DNA of 64,000 bases, taken from the NCBI GenBank assembly GCA_919903025.1, contig CAKKSE010000008.1:16334-80333 (forward strand), given 5' to 3'. Shown piece by piece: positions 55,461 through 64,000 of the stretch. The notes beneath the pieces are model-generated. The model did not search any database. It was not told the origin of the DNA and was given only the letters and a program-made list of their open reading frames with translations. Source of the DNA: Nitrospiria bacterium (GTDB lineage: Bacteria; Nitrospirota; RBG-16-64-22). Each line of letters opens with the position of its first letter. Position 1 is the stretch's first letter. The position numbers were made by a program, and so were the translations under genes.

Positions 55461-58400
55461 ATGCCGATCGCCGTCCACACATTCTCGTACGCCGACTCCG
55501 GCGCCCTAGACCGCCTTCTTGCCCCGTGGGTGGCTGAGGCCGCCCGCCGCGGGCGGCCGTTCCGGTTCGACGACCGGATCGTTCTCGTGCCCTCCTCGCG
55601 GGCGGGCCGATTCGTCCGCGGGCGGATCGCCGTTCACGTCGCGCGAGCCGCGCAAGGCCAATCCGCGGCGTTCCTGCCTCCTCCGACGTGGACCTTCCGC
55701 CAGCTCGTCCGGGAGATCCTCCGGCCTGAGGAGGTCCCCGTCGTGGAGGAACTGGAGGAGGGAGTCCTTCTTGGAGGTCTCCTCAACGAGATGGGCGATC
55801 TCCCCGTCCTGGAGCCGCTCCGCGGACCTGACGGGAGCTTTTCCACCGGCCTCGTCTCGCACATTCTTAAGTTCTTCCGGGAGATCCGGGACTACGACGC
55901 GCCGCTTCCTCTGACGCCGCGGGTCGACGCAATCCGCAATCATCTCGGGCTGGTCCGGGAAACGGCCGAGGCCCTGGACGCCGTTCTCGACCGCTACGTC
56001 GGCCTCCTGGACCGGCTGAACGTTTGGGACGAGGCGGGTCTCCGCTACAGGGCACTGGAACGGCTCGCCGGGCCTGAAAACGATGCCCCGGCCTTTCTCG
56101 ACAACGTCCGGGAGATCGCGGCCTGGGGGTTCGAGGACATGGGCGCCCGGGAGCGGGACATCCTCCACCGCTTGTCCGAGCGCGTGCCGGTGACGGCCCA
56201 CGTCCCTTTCGTTCCGGCCTGCGGCGGATACGCCTCTTCCGGCCGCCTCGCCCGGCAATTGGGCGGGACGGAATCCCCGGAAGACGCATCCGCCGAGCCC
56301 TCGCTCGACGCGTTCATGTTTAACCGGGCGACGCCCGAGGAGCGCTCTGCCCTGGCCGGGCGGATCGTTCTCGCGCACACGATCACGCTCACGCCCGTTC
56401 CGAGTCCGGAGGCCGAAGTCACGGCCATCGCCCGGATCGTCAAGCAGGGCGCTCTGAACGGAGAAATCCCGGATCTCTCGCGCGTCCTCGTGACGTTCTT
56501 CGGGTCGGACCGCTACATCCCGCTCGTGGAGGAGATCTTTCCCCGGTACGGGATTCCGGCGAACATCGCGCCCGGGAAACGCGCGCCGCGGGTCCCGCCG
56601 ATTCAGGCCGTCATGGCACTCCTGGACGCCGCCATCGAGGCTTCGCCCGCCGCCGTCGCGCGCCTTCTCTCGACTCCCTATCTCTCCTTCCTCTCCGCCG
56701 AGGCGCATTCCCTTCTCCTCTCCCTCGCCCGGACGAATCCGCCGGCCGCGTCGAGGGAGGAATGGCTCTCCCTCGTCGACGAGACGCTTTCGGCCCAACG
56801 AAGTGAGCGGACGAATGAAGGAGACGCGAGCGGCGAGCCGCCCCGCGGAAAGGACGAAGAGCTCCGGCGGAGCGTGTCGGCCCTTTTCGATCGTCTCGAC
56901 CGGATAGCGAGGGCGTCCGGCTGGGAGGACGGAAGACAGGCGCTGTGGGAAGCTCTCGCCGCCGGAGGGTTCCGCGGGAACCTGAAGACGGAAGAAGACC
57001 ACCATGGGGTAAGACGGCTCTTCGAAATCTGGCACAGGCTCCAGTCGGCGGCTGGCGCAATGTCGAAGCTCTGCGGTCAGGCCGGCCCCCCGGGTCTCCG
57101 GGAGATCGCCGATCATCTCCGCCGGACCCTGGGCGGAGAGGCGGTTCGCGTCGCCGGCGATGGGGCGGCCGCCGTCCAGGTCCTCGATCCGATGGAGGCG
57201 CGGGGGATCGATTTCGATCTCGTCTGCGTGGGCGGGCTGACGATCGACGGCCTTCCCGGGAACGCGCCGACGAACATCTTCTTCGGCGGATGGGTCCGCG
57301 AACAGCTTGGGCTTCCCTCGGCCCGCCAGCGCGTCGAGGCCCGGCGGCAGGATTTCCTCCGCCTCCTCCATGCGGGGCGACGGGCCTGTCACCTCGTCTA
57401 TCCTCTCGAGGTGAACAACCGGCCCGTGGAGCGGTCACCATTCCTGTCCGAATTGGACGAGCTGGTCGAGATCGGACGGATCGTCAGCGTTCCGCCGAAA
57501 CAGACGGGTCCTCCCCTCTCGAAGGAAGAATGGGACCAAGCCGCGTTCGGTCAGGGGTCTCTCCCAGCCGGCGCGGCGCCGAGCACGGGCGATCTCCCGG
57601 AGATCGCGGAATCGTTCCGGTCGGCGATCGCCCAAGGCGCGGGGATCCGCGGCGGAACTCCCGGATACGGCGGGAACCTGACCGGGACGCCAGCCGCGCC
57701 CGTCATCCGGGACCGATTCGCCGACCGGATTTTTTCCGTTTCGGAAATCGAAAGCTGTCTCGAATGCGGGTACAGGTACTTCCTCCTCAAAGTCCTGGGC
57801 CTCCCCGCGCCCCTCCCCGGCCCCGACCAGGCGGAGGCGATCCTCCGGGGCAAGGCGTACCACGAGATCCTGGCCGCTTTCTACGGGGAATGGAAACGGC
57901 CGATCGCGGAAGGGGAGAAGGACGCGGCGTTGGCGCGGATGACGGAGATCGCGAAGGGCGTCTTTGCGCGCGAGGGGCTCGACGTCGAGGCAAGGCGGGC
58001 GCTGGCCTACGACGGCGTCCTCTCCTCCTGGATCGACGCCGAAGCGGAGGGCGGGTGGCCGGCCGAAGAGGTCTTCTCCGAGCAGACCGTGGAGGGAACG
58101 CTTGCCTCCGAAGACGGAGACGCGCGGTTCCGGGCGCGGATCGACCGGATCGACCGGATCGGATCCGATGCAGCCATCCTCGACTACAAAACGGGTTCGA
58201 GCCTTCCGACGCAGACGAGCGTCCGGGAGGGACGATCGCTCCAGCTTCCGCTTTACGCGCTTCTCCTCGAGCGGAGCGGCAAAGGGACCCGAGTGACGCG
58301 GATGGGTTACGCATCCGTGCGTCCGAAGCCAAAGGCGGGCATCACGCCGATCCTTCTGCGTGAGAGCGGGAAGACCGCGGACCGCCCCGCGGCCCGCACG

Positions 58401-58619
58401 AAGGCCTGGGCCGCGGACGAAGAGTTCGACGCCGTCCTGAATCTCGCCGCCGGCAGGGCCGTCGATGTCGTCCGCGCCGTCCGGGACGGCTTCTTTCCCC
58501 GCGCGGACGACCCGCGTGCGTGCAAGACCTGCGGTCTCTCCGACGTCTGCCGGAACCATCTGCTGTCGGAGGACACGGATGACGCCCCAAACAGGGGGGA
58601 GAATCAAGATGGCGGCTGA
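55461..58619 (+). CDS. addB: AddB-like PD-(D/E)XK nuclease subunit (degenerate helicase-like N-terminus, C-terminal RecB-type nuclease with Cys cluster)
   Basis: C-terminal ILDYKTG...LQLPLYALL nuclease motif and CKTCGLSDVC. No Walker A, as in alphaproteobacterial-type AddB. Stop overlaps the addA start. Confidence 0.7.
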   Translation: MPIAVHTFSYADSGALDRLLAPWVAEAARRGRPFRFDDRIVLVPSSRAGRFVRGRIAVHVARAAQGQSAAFLPPPTWTFRQLVREILRPEEVPVVEELEEGVLLGGLLNEMGDLPVLEPLRGPDGSFSTGLVSHILKFFREIRDYDAPLPLTPRVDAIRNHLGLVRETAEALDAVLDRYVGLLDRLNVWDEAGLRYRALERLAGPENDAPAFLDNVREIAAWGFEDMGARERDILHRLSERVPVTAHVPFVPACGGYASSGRLARQLGGTESPEDASAEPSLDAFMFNRATPEERSALAGRIVLAHTITLTPVPSPEAEVTAIARIVKQGALNGEIPDLSRVLVTFFGSDRYIPLVEEIFPRYGIPANIAPGKRAPRVPPIQAVMALLDAAIEASPAAVARLLSTPYLSFLSAEAHSLLLSLARTNPPAASREEWLSLVDETLSAQRSERTNEGDASGEPPRGKDEELRRSVSALFDRLDRIARASGWEDGRQALWEALAAGGFRGNLKTEEDHHGVRRLFEIWHRLQSAAGAMSKLCGQAGPPGLREIADHLRRTLGGEAVRVAGDGAAAVQVLDPMEARGIDFDLVCVGGLTIDGLPGNAPTNIFFGGWVREQLGLPSARQRVEARRQDFLRLLHAGRRACHLVYPLEVNNRPVERSPFLSELDELVEIGRIVSVPPKQTGPPLSKEEWDQAAFGQGSLPAGAAPSTGDLPEIAESFRSAIAQGAGIRGGTPGYGGNLTGTPAAPVIRDRFADRIFSVSEIESCLECGYRYFLLKVLGLPAPLPGPDQAEAILRGKAYHEILAAFYGEWKRPIAEGEKDAALARMTEIAKGVFAREGLDVEARRALAYDGVLSSWIDAEAEGGWPAEEVFSEQTVEGTLASEDGDARFRARIDRIDRIGSDAAILDYKTGSSLPTQTSVREGRSLQLPLYALLLERSGKGTRVTRMGYASVRPKPKAGITPILLRESGKTADRPAARTKAWAADEEFDAVLNLAAGRAVDVVRAVRDGFFPRADDPRACKTCGLSDVCRNHLLSEDTDDAPNRGENQDGG

Positions 58620-61600
58620 AATGATCCGCGATATCCGCCGTCACGTCATGATCCACGCCCCGGCCGGGTCGGGAAAGACCCACGCCCTCGTCACGCGGAC
58701 GCTCGCCCTGCTCGCCGCGGGAGAGACCCCGGAAGGGATCGTCGCCGTAACGTTTACGGACAAGGCGGCGCTGGAAATGCGGGAGCGGATTGTCCGGGGA
58801 CTCGCCCGTCCGGACCAAGCCGGATTCCCGGGCGCCGAGGAGAAGGACCGGCTTCGGTCGCTCTGGATGGAGGTCCGCGACGAGCCGCGGCGGCTCCGCG
58901 TGAGCACGATCCACGCCTTCTGCGGCGACGTCCTCCGCCGGTTCCCGATCGCCGTCGGCCTCGATCCGGACTTTTCCGTCCTCGACCCGCACGACCAGGC
59001 GTACCTCAGGGCGCGCGCCGTGGAGGAGTCTGTCTCCGTGTGGAGGCGGGGCCGCGGGACGGAGGCGGGCGAGAGGTTCCGAGAGACCGCGGGCGCGGCC
59101 GGAGGGATCCGCGCCCTGACGAAGATGCTGGTGGAGATGCTCGCGGGTCGAAAGCGGCTGGGAGACGTCATCAGGCGGTGGGCGGGGGACGGCGCGATCG
59201 ACCCGGACGAATACGCCGAGGAGTACGCCCGCGGCATGAAGATCGCCTGGACGCGCGTCTGGCTGGGAGGAGGAGGAGAGACCCTGCGGGAAAGACTGAT
59301 CGAGTTCTGCTCTGTCATGAAGGGCCACCCGACGGCGAACAAAGAGTACGCGCTCGAAACACTCACCGCCCGAGTCCACGCGGACGATTTCGGGACGACC
59401 GACGACATCGTCTCGCTCACGCTGGGATTCCTCACGAAGAAGGGCGAACCCCGCAAGGCATTCCGCATCGCGAAGAAGGAGATGAACGGCATTGACCGTG
59501 CCCTCTACGAATCGCTCCACGCTACGGTCGCCGGTCTCCTTGCCCCGCTCGCCGGCGAAGCGATGAGCCACCCGCCCGTCGAAACCGCGCGCCGGGCCGC
59601 CCGCGCGTGGGCTTCGTGCCTGGCCCTCTACGTCGAGGTCGAGCGGAGATACGACAATCTCAAGAGACAGCACGGGGGGATCGACTTCGACGACCTGGAG
59701 ATTCTGGCCTTGGGCCTCCTGACCGGCCAGGCGGCCGAGCGCGCGAGAGGCGACGCCGGGTTCCACCCGATGGACGCCCTCCTGGCCCTCGACAACCGCG
59801 TCCGCCACCTCCTGATCGACGAGTTCCAGGACACGAGCGGCCTCCAGTGGGAGATCGTGAAACCCCTCGTCTCGGAATGGCTCTCCGGAGAGGGATCGTC
59901 CGACACGCCCAGGACGTTCTTCGCCGTGGGAGATCCGAACCAGTCGATCTACCTCTTTCGAGACGCCGAAGTGACGCTCATGAGGTCCGTCCGGCGGAAG
60001 ATCGAGGACCTGCCGGAGGAAAACCGGGCCCTCGTCCCCTTTGAGACAAACCGCCGCTCAACCCGTGCGATCGTCGCGTTCGCGAACCACGTCTTTCCCC
60101 CCCTCCTCAAGGGCGATTACACGACTTCCCTCGGCACGCGCCTGGAAGAGGGCTCGGTGTCGATCCGGCTGGTCCTGGGAAAGGACCCGGGGCGGATCCT
60201 GGAGGCAAGGCTCGTGGCGGAAACGCTCCGGTCGGCCGAGGGACTCCCGGTCTTCGACAGAGACGCCAGGGACCCGCGCCCCGCCTCCTGGGGGGACATG
60301 GCCGTCCTCCTCCGCACCCGGACTTCCCTCGAAGTCTACTGCGACGCCTTCCGGACAGCGGGCGTTCCCTACGTCGTCATCGGCGGGCTGGGATTCTTCG
60401 ACCGCCCGGAGGTGCGGGACGTCCTGAACCTCTTCGCCCTCTTGATCGACGAGAACGACGACCTGGCCCTCGCCGCGTGGCTCACCTCGCCGGGGGCCGG
60501 TCTCTCCGACCTCGACCTCTTTGGCGTCGCGTCAGCCGAAGGAACGACCCTTCGCAGCCGCCTGAGGCGTCTGGCGTCCGCCGACCCCCGGCTCGGTCGG
60601 GTTAGCAGCGCGCTCGACCGCTGGTCGGCCTGGGCGGGCCGGGTCTCGATGGCCGAGATTTTGCGCCGCGTCTTCGAGGAGACGGCGTTCCGCGAAACGA
60701 CAGCCGCCCTGCTCGGACCGCCGGCCCGGGCGAACTTGGCGAAGCTCCACGAAATGGTCCGCGCCGTCGAGGCGCGCGGCTGGTCGGCCCCGGCCGACGT
60801 CCTCCACCGCCTCCAGACCCTTCGCGTCCACGGCGGAGACGAGGCCCAGGCCGACCTCCCGATGGAAGAAGCGAACGGATTGGGAAAAGCCCGTCATGGG
60901 TCGGTCCGGATCATGACCGTCCATGCCGCCAAGGGTCTCGAATTCCCGATCGTTATCGTCCCCATGCTGGGGAAACCGCATCCCCAGGACAAGCGTTCCG
61001 TCGCTGTCGAGGGAGGTTTCGCGGGCATCGATCTCCCCGGCGCCGCAAAGGGAGACCGCAATCCGTTCGCCTGGTTCCGCGCCCGGTACAATGAGAAGAG
61101 ACTCGCGGAAGAGAAGCGCCTCCTGTACGTCGCCGCGACTCGCGCCCGCGATCACCTCTTCCTGGCGGGAGGCGTTTCCGTAAAGGGAGAGACCGGACGG
61201 ACGATCGAATGGCCAAAAGCCGACTCCTCGTGGCTCGGCCTCATCGCCTCCACCGCGCTGATTCCCGAAGCGCCCGTCCCCGACCCGGCCGATGTATTGG
61301 AGATGCGGTTTAGATCTGCATCTTCCCCCGAAGTCATATTCCACGCGGCTGTGGACCCGTCCGCCTCCCTCCCCGACACGTCGGGGCGAGAGGAAACGGT
61401 CTCCGCGCGGAGTTACCCCGCCACGGAGGGCCTGGCGCAGGTCCGGCCGGCCGGACCGGTCTTCGTATCGGACGGCAAGAATCCCGATGAGGACGAAAGG
61501 CCCTTATCCTCGGCGCCGTGGGAGCCCGCGGTCGATCTGGCGCGGGAGAAAGGAACGCTCGTTCACCGGGCCCTCGACATTCTCGCGCGGGGCGGAGAAC

Positions 61601-62028
61601 CGGCCTGGGACCGCTGGAAGGACCGGATCGCCGCGGCCGCGCCCGAGATCGACGAGGCCGGCATTCAAAACGAGATCGGGAGAGTCCGCGAACACGTGGA
61701 ACGGGCCGTGTCGTCGCCCGGCGTTTCGTGGGCGGCGGGAAGGGAGGGATTGGTCGGGTCCGAGATCGACATCATCGTCGCCGAGAAGGAGAAGGCTCTC
61801 GCCGTTCGCCTCGATCGGCTATACTTGCGGGATGGGGTCTATCATATCGTCGACATCAAGACCGGCCGGGCCGACACGCCGGAGGAGACCGCCGCCCAGG
61901 TCGAGAAGTACCGTCCCCAAATGGCAATGTACGCAAGAGCCGTGAGACTCCTCTACGGGCCGGATGCGGCCGTCCGGACGTGGCTGTTGTTCACGGGCGC
62001 CCCGAAGGTTGTGGAAGTAGAAAATTGA
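58609..62028 (+). CDS. addA: AddA-like UvrD/Rep superfamily-1 helicase–nuclease
   Basis: Walker A APAGSGKTH, helicase motifs through VI, and a C-terminal PD-(D/E)XK nuclease (IVDIKTG). About 1140 aa. Confidence 0.8.
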   Translation: MAAEMIRDIRRHVMIHAPAGSGKTHALVTRTLALLAAGETPEGIVAVTFTDKAALEMRERIVRGLARPDQAGFPGAEEKDRLRSLWMEVRDEPRRLRVSTIHAFCGDVLRRFPIAVGLDPDFSVLDPHDQAYLRARAVEESVSVWRRGRGTEAGERFRETAGAAGGIRALTKMLVEMLAGRKRLGDVIRRWAGDGAIDPDEYAEEYARGMKIAWTRVWLGGGGETLRERLIEFCSVMKGHPTANKEYALETLTARVHADDFGTTDDIVSLTLGFLTKKGEPRKAFRIAKKEMNGIDRALYESLHATVAGLLAPLAGEAMSHPPVETARRAARAWASCLALYVEVERRYDNLKRQHGGIDFDDLEILALGLLTGQAAERARGDAGFHPMDALLALDNRVRHLLIDEFQDTSGLQWEIVKPLVSEWLSGEGSSDTPRTFFAVGDPNQSIYLFRDAEVTLMRSVRRKIEDLPEENRALVPFETNRRSTRAIVAFANHVFPPLLKGDYTTSLGTRLEEGSVSIRLVLGKDPGRILEARLVAETLRSAEGLPVFDRDARDPRPASWGDMAVLLRTRTSLEVYCDAFRTAGVPYVVIGGLGFFDRPEVRDVLNLFALLIDENDDLALAAWLTSPGAGLSDLDLFGVASAEGTTLRSRLRRLASADPRLGRVSSALDRWSAWAGRVSMAEILRRVFEETAFRETTAALLGPPARANLAKLHEMVRAVEARGWSAPADVLHRLQTLRVHGGDEAQADLPMEEANGLGKARHGSVRIMTVHAAKGLEFPIVIVPMLGKPHPQDKRSVAVEGGFAGIDLPGAAKGDRNPFAWFRARYNEKRLAEEKRLLYVAATRARDHLFLAGGVSVKGETGRTIEWPKADSSWLGLIASTALIPEAPVPDPADVLEMRFRSASSPEVIFHAAVDPSASLPDTSGREETVSARSYPATEGLAQVRPAGPVFVSDGKNPDEDERPLSSAPWEPAVDLAREKGTLVHRALDILARGGEPAWDRWKDRIAAAAPEIDEAGIQNEIGRVREHVERAVSSPGVSWAAGREGLVGSEIDIIVAEKEKALAVRLDRLYLRDGVYHIVDIKTGRADTPEETAAQVEKYRPQMAMYARAVRLLYGPDAAVRTWLLFTGAPKVVEVEN

Positions 62029-62072
62029 TAATTGAAAATTCTCAATTGAAGATTTGAAATTGAAGATCGAGA
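62019..62072. repeat. AT-rich heptad repeat, copy D (reverse orientation: GAAAATT units)
   Basis: GAAAATTGATAATTGAAAATTCTCAATTGAAGATTTGAAATTGAAG between the addA stop and the psuG start. Confidence 0.6.
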
Positions 62073-62080
62073 GACAAGAC

Positions 62081-63007
62081 ATGCGGACTGAAGGCGGAAT
62101 GTCGCAAGATTTCATTGTCTCGCCGGAAATCAAGGACGCCCTCGCCTCCGGGGCGGGCGTCGTCGCTCTGGAATCCTCCGTCATCGCCCACGGTCTCCCG
62201 TCGCCCGTGAACAGGACAGCGGCCCTGGAGATGGAACGGGCCGTCCGGTCGGCGGGGGCCGTCCCCGCGACGATCGCCGTCATGGACGGATCGGTTCGAA
62301 TCGGCCTCAATGCGTCCGAGATCGACCGCCTCTCCGACGGCGAAGGGATCGGCAAGGCCGGCGCGCGCGACATCCCATTCCTCGTCGCGTCAAATGGAAC
62401 GGCTGGGACGACGGTGTCGGGGACAATCCGGATCGCGGCCCTGGCCGGCATCCGGATCGCGGCCACGGGCGGGATCGGCGGCGTGCACCGCGGCGCGGAT
62501 AGTACGTTCGACGTCTCGGCCGATCTCCGCGAGATCTCCCGGACATCCGTCGCCGTCGTCTGCTCGGGGGCGAAAGGCATTCTCGATCTGGCCAAGACCG
62601 TCGAGATGATCGAAAGCCTGGGCGTACCGGTCGCGGGATACCGGACCGGCTTCTTTCCAGCCTTCTACGCCGTCAGCTCCGGCCTCAGGCTCGAACACCG
62701 GATCGAGACGCCGGACGAAGCCGCCCGGCTGGTAATGGAGTCCGCCCGTCTCGGGCTTGGAGGCCCGCTCATCGTCCAGCCGATTCCGGAGGACAAGGGG
62801 CTCGATCCCGCGTGGCTGGAGGAGACGATCGGCGAAGCGCTTCTCTACGCCGAGAGGGAAGGGATCCGCGGAAACGCCGTCACGCCGTTCCTCCTCCGCG
62901 CCGTCGCCGAGGCCACAGGCGGAGCCTCCATCGAAGCCAACCTCGCCCTCCTGATCTCCAACGCCCGCACAGCCGCCGAAATCGCCGTGAAGCTGGCAAC
63001 AGCATGA
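62081..63007 (+). CDS. psuG: Pseudouridine-5'-phosphate glycosidase
   Basis: VALESSVIAHGLP...GGIGGVHRG...VCSGAKGILD PsuG (IndA-like) motifs. Alternative start at 62099. Confidence 0.75.
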   Translation: MRTEGGMSQDFIVSPEIKDALASGAGVVALESSVIAHGLPSPVNRTAALEMERAVRSAGAVPATIAVMDGSVRIGLNASEIDRLSDGEGIGKAGARDIPFLVASNGTAGTTVSGTIRIAALAGIRIAATGGIGGVHRGADSTFDVSADLREISRTSVAVVCSGAKGILDLAKTVEMIESLGVPVAGYRTGFFPAFYAVSSGLRLEHRIETPDEAARLVMESARLGLGGPLIVQPIPEDKGLDPAWLEETIGEALLYAEREGIRGNAVTPFLLRAVAEATGGASIEANLALLISNARTAAEIAVKLATA

Positions 63008-63283
63008 GGGGAGACTGTGTCCGAAGGGGCGAGGATCGAGGAACGCTTGCGGTTCAGTCGCCGCGCGGGCTGAAGATCTCTTCCAGCATGAACCGGGCGC
63101 GGGGAGGAACTTGCGCTTCCGGATAGACCTCTTGGACAGCCTCCATGGCCTCGCCGGCGCTCCTGATTCCGACGTGCGCCAGGAGAAAGCGGATGTCGTC
63201 GGATGCCGCGTGCGGAGAGCCGCTCCGCCAGGGCCGTCAAACAGCGAACAATCTCGGAACGGTCCAAGGATTCGCCCGCCCGC

Positions 63284-63670
63284 TCAACAACGCTTGAGTT
63301 CGGTATCGTCCACGAAAATGCCCCGCCGCCTGAAGGACGCGGGGCTCTGGACGAGGGCGATCGCGTGCAGGCTCTTGAACGTCGTCGGGAACCACCAGCG
63401 GTCCAGGAACCGTTCGGGCTCGGAGGCCCAGGAAGGAACCGAGAGACCGTAGTGGAAAGCCAGGTGCTCCGCAAGAGCCCCCAAATAGGCGTCGAGCCGC
63501 GGATCGGCAACCCCCTCCGGTCGTTCCAGAATCATCCGAAAGCGCCGAGCGTCATCGGCGGCGTAGAAATCATCCAGGAATTCACGGATGCAGAGCCAGG
63601 GTTCTTCCCCCTCTTTCATGCGTTCCGCGGTTCTTCTGAGAGAAAGCAGTTTGTAGTCAACAACCGCCAC
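63284..63670 (-). CDS. Hypothetical protein (128 aa)
   Basis: Compact ORF with genome-typical codon usage and an upstream Shine-Dalgarno-like AGGAA. No recognisable motif. Confidence 0.3.
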   Translation of the reverse strand: MAVVDYKLLSLRRTAERMKEGEEPWLCIREFLDDFYAADDARRFRMILERPEGVADPRLDAYLGALAEHLAFHYGLSVPSWASEPERFLDRWWFPTTFKSLHAIALVQSPASFRRRGIFVDDTELKRC

Positions 63671-63771
63671 GATATTCCTCCGCGCAAGCGAAAGATAGCA
63701 CCAAGACGCTCTTCCGGCAAGGTTGAAGCGGCCCTCTCGCCCCTCGCTGGACCGCTTTGAAGCAAGCTGCG

Positions 63772-64000
63772 GCTATCCCTCCCCCGCCAGCGCTTCGGCC
63801 TCAGCGACCAGCTCCTCGATGAACGTCAGGCCCGTGTCCCAGAAGCCGGGGGCCAGGGTGTCGATCCCGAGCCGGGCGAGGAGGTTCTTCGGGGAATCCG
63901 ACCCGCCCGCGGCCAGGAGATCGATGTACTTCGGCACGAACGATTCCCCTTCCCGCTTGTATGTCTGGTAGAGAGAGAGGACGAGAAGCTCGGCGAAGGC
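63772..64000 (-). CDS. M3-family oligoendopeptidase (PepF-like), C-terminal fragment; the gene continues beyond the window
   Basis: The reverse-strand translation ...YKREGESFVPKYIDLLAAGGSDSPKNLLARLGIDTLAPGFWDTGLTFIEELVAEAEALAGEG* matches the conserved PepF C-terminus. Confidence 0.6.

Noticed and set aside
52070-59808. Antisense ORFs opposite the UDP-sugar dehydrogenase and epimerase genes (531 aa) and opposite addB/addA (628 aa, 390 aa, 488 aa)
   Set aside because: Shadow ORFs with Arg/Gly/Asp-rich composition and no motifs.
11956-62072. Possibility that the AT-rich heptad arrays are a CRISPR array or minisatellite
   Set aside because: Units are 7 bp with no unique spacers. The arrays are 35-55 bp long and dispersed at four loci. 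No cas genes are present. They are kept as an unexplained repeat family instead.
62845-63510. 221-aa minus-strand ORF overlapping the psuG 3' end
   Set aside because: Antisense to psuG for most of its length and Ser/Arg/Pro-rich. The compact 128-aa ORF at 63284-63670 is the more credible gene in that interval.

Overview
This is a high-GC bacterial chromosomal segment, read by eye without search tools; all product calls rest on recognisable motifs and domain order. Because of the GC content, almost every real gene carries a long antisense shadow ORF.

The backbone is ordinary housekeeping and signalling content. It starts with a partial MgtE, then a MazG-like gene and a P-type cation ATPase. 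Next come a CaCA antiporter, an ArsB/NhaD-type permease, a CBS protein, an MFS transporter and tRNA-Met. A DUF4390–NtrY–NtrX-like cluster follows. After it comes an oligopeptide-type ABC locus containing a B12-radical-SAM gene but no ATPase genes. A HAMP adenylate-cyclase–lipoprotein–lipoprotein–CheY–GH15 operon follows, then a GAF-GGDEF protein and a GAF-HD-GYP protein. The rest is TldD/PmbA, CysQ, MtgA, ABC-F, Psd, GNAT, TetR–NmrA, a UDP-sugar dehydrogenase and epimerase, an AddAB-like pair, PsuG and a partial PepF-like C-terminus.

Type II toxin-antitoxin (TA) modules are unusually dense. I count VapBC, Phd–PIN, HigBA, BrnTA and a MazF paired with a fused Xre–ImmA protein, plus a solo class II Fic.

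The most interesting region is a visibly AT-richer island of about 8.8 kb (about 30.07–38.87 kb).
- It begins right after a 99-nt tRNA-like gene that has selenocysteine-tRNA architecture (UCA anticodon, long extra arm, G73, encoded CCA).
- It ends at a 12/13-nt copy of that gene's 3' end.
- It has no integrase.
- It carries a translationally coupled pair: an AAA_13/RloC-like ABC-ATPase (zinc-hook CxxC, candidate anticodon nuclease) and a Mod-like N6-adenine methyltransferase-domain protein with a 480-aa uncharacterised C-terminus and no obvious motif I. It also carries a DUF2130 protein and a MazF toxin paired with an Xre-HTH–ImmA/IrrE fusion.
- I rank this as the candidate undescribed defence or abortive-infection locus.

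Two short dispersed repeat families are also present. One is an AT-rich (AATTTTC)n heptad array at four intergenic sites, three of them directly upstream of start codons. The other is a G-rich CCTCCCCC-loop-GGGGGAGG hairpin family; one copy sits in-frame inside the ABC-F coding sequence.
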